Of a DNA stretch of 57,719 bases, positions 57,053-57,719 are shown piece by piece. A program made the position numbers and the translations under genes. Source of the stretch: a virus. Taxonomy: Duplodnaviria > Caudoviricetes. The notes under the pieces are model-generated. The model did not search any database. It was not told the origin of the DNA and saw only the letters and a program-made list of their open reading frames with translations. The stretch spans positions 1-57,719 of IMG/VR virus record IMGVR_UViG_3300029309_000042. One strand, 5' to 3'. Each line of letters begins with the position of its first letter. Position 1 is the first letter of the stretch.

Positions 57053-57719
57053 TTACCCCTTTTTTAATTCATCAATTTCTGCTTTTAAATCTTTAATAGC
57101 TTCAATCAACACTGCCGTAAGTTTACCATAATCTACTGATTTAGTTTGCATTTCATCATCGGCGGTTAACACGACCTCTGGAACAATAGCTTCCATATCT
57201 TGTGCCAACACACCTATTTGTGGTTTTGCATCTTCAACATCATTTCTTTTATAGTGAACACCTTGCATCTGCATTACTTTTTCAATTCCGTTTTCTATAT
57301 TAGAGATGTCAGTCTTTAATCTTTTATCTGAAAAAGCAGTCACATCATTATTAAAAGTCGCCGCTCCTGCACTAGACATATCAAGTGTAAGAGCAGTTAT
57401 TGTTGAGCCACCATCATTACCATTAACAACAAAGTCTTTATCTGAAACTGATACGTTGATATGAAAACTAGATGAATTATTTGCAATATTACCTATTTGT
57501 GTACCAGCATCTTTAAAACGAATAACACCATCATCAGAATCAAGTATTATTTCTCCTGCTGAATCAACAGAAAAGTCGCCATTAGGAGTTGCAATAGTTC
57601 CATTTGTACCATCACTTGTTAGTGTCATATCTGTTCCTGCACCTAATTTTATTTGAGCATTATCCAGAAAAGTAGCATCGTGGTTAAACGCCGCCGTTCC
57701 AGCATCTGACATATCAAGT
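57053..57719 (-). CDS. Tail fibre C-terminus with peptidase S74 intramolecular chaperone (second allele; continues from window start)
   Basis: SDKRLK...GVLAQD...VPEVV...VDYGKLTAVLIEAIK. Confidence 0.85.
   Translation of the reverse strand, partial: LDMSDAGTAAFNHDATFLDNAQIKLGAGTDMTLTSDGTNGTIATPNGDFSVDSAGEIILDSDDGVIRFKDAGTQIGNIANNSSSFHINVSVSDKDFVVNGNDGGSTITALTLDMSSAGAATFNNDVTAFSDKRLKTDISNIENGIEKVMQMQGVHYKRNDVEDAKPQIGVLAQDMEAIVPEVVLTADDEMQTKSVDYGKLTAVLIEAIKDLKAEIDELKKG
57252..57719. repeat. Imperfect terminal direct repeat, copy 2 (matches 1-468)
   Basis: See copy 1. Confidence 0.95.

Overview
The window is an essentially complete, circularly permuted genome (about 57 kb, AT-rich) of a marine podovirus-like tailed phage. 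Its gene content and order (TerL-portal-GroES-scaffold-capsid, family A DNA polymerase, AEP primase, UvrD and SNF2 helicases, 2OG-Fe(II) oxygenases) resemble HTVC023P-type/uvMED alphaproteobacterial phages; this assignment is inferred from recognised motifs, not a database search. Nearly all genes are on the minus strand. The most striking observation is a self-contained transcription unit (about 18073-18727) with no TC or GA dinucleotide on either strand for 655 bp. It encodes a 179-aa protein with no Asp or Glu, uses a GGGGG ribosome-binding site instead of GGAG, and has a normally coded paralog 2 kb away (20320-20787). The same genome carries a thymidine hypermodification cluster (5-hmdU DNA kinase, TAGT/GREB1-like glycosyltransferase, radical SAM/SPASM enzyme, dUMP hydroxymethylase, Nmad1, PolA, HD nucleotidase). 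Together these suggest a system in which T in TC context is hypermodified and one 'starter' gene is kept modification-free so that host RNA polymerase can read it. Other observations: two candidate structured RNAs, a duplicated upstream element before terS and the SNF2 helicase gene, phased GANTC pairs, and two alleles of the tail-fibre tip at the contig ends.
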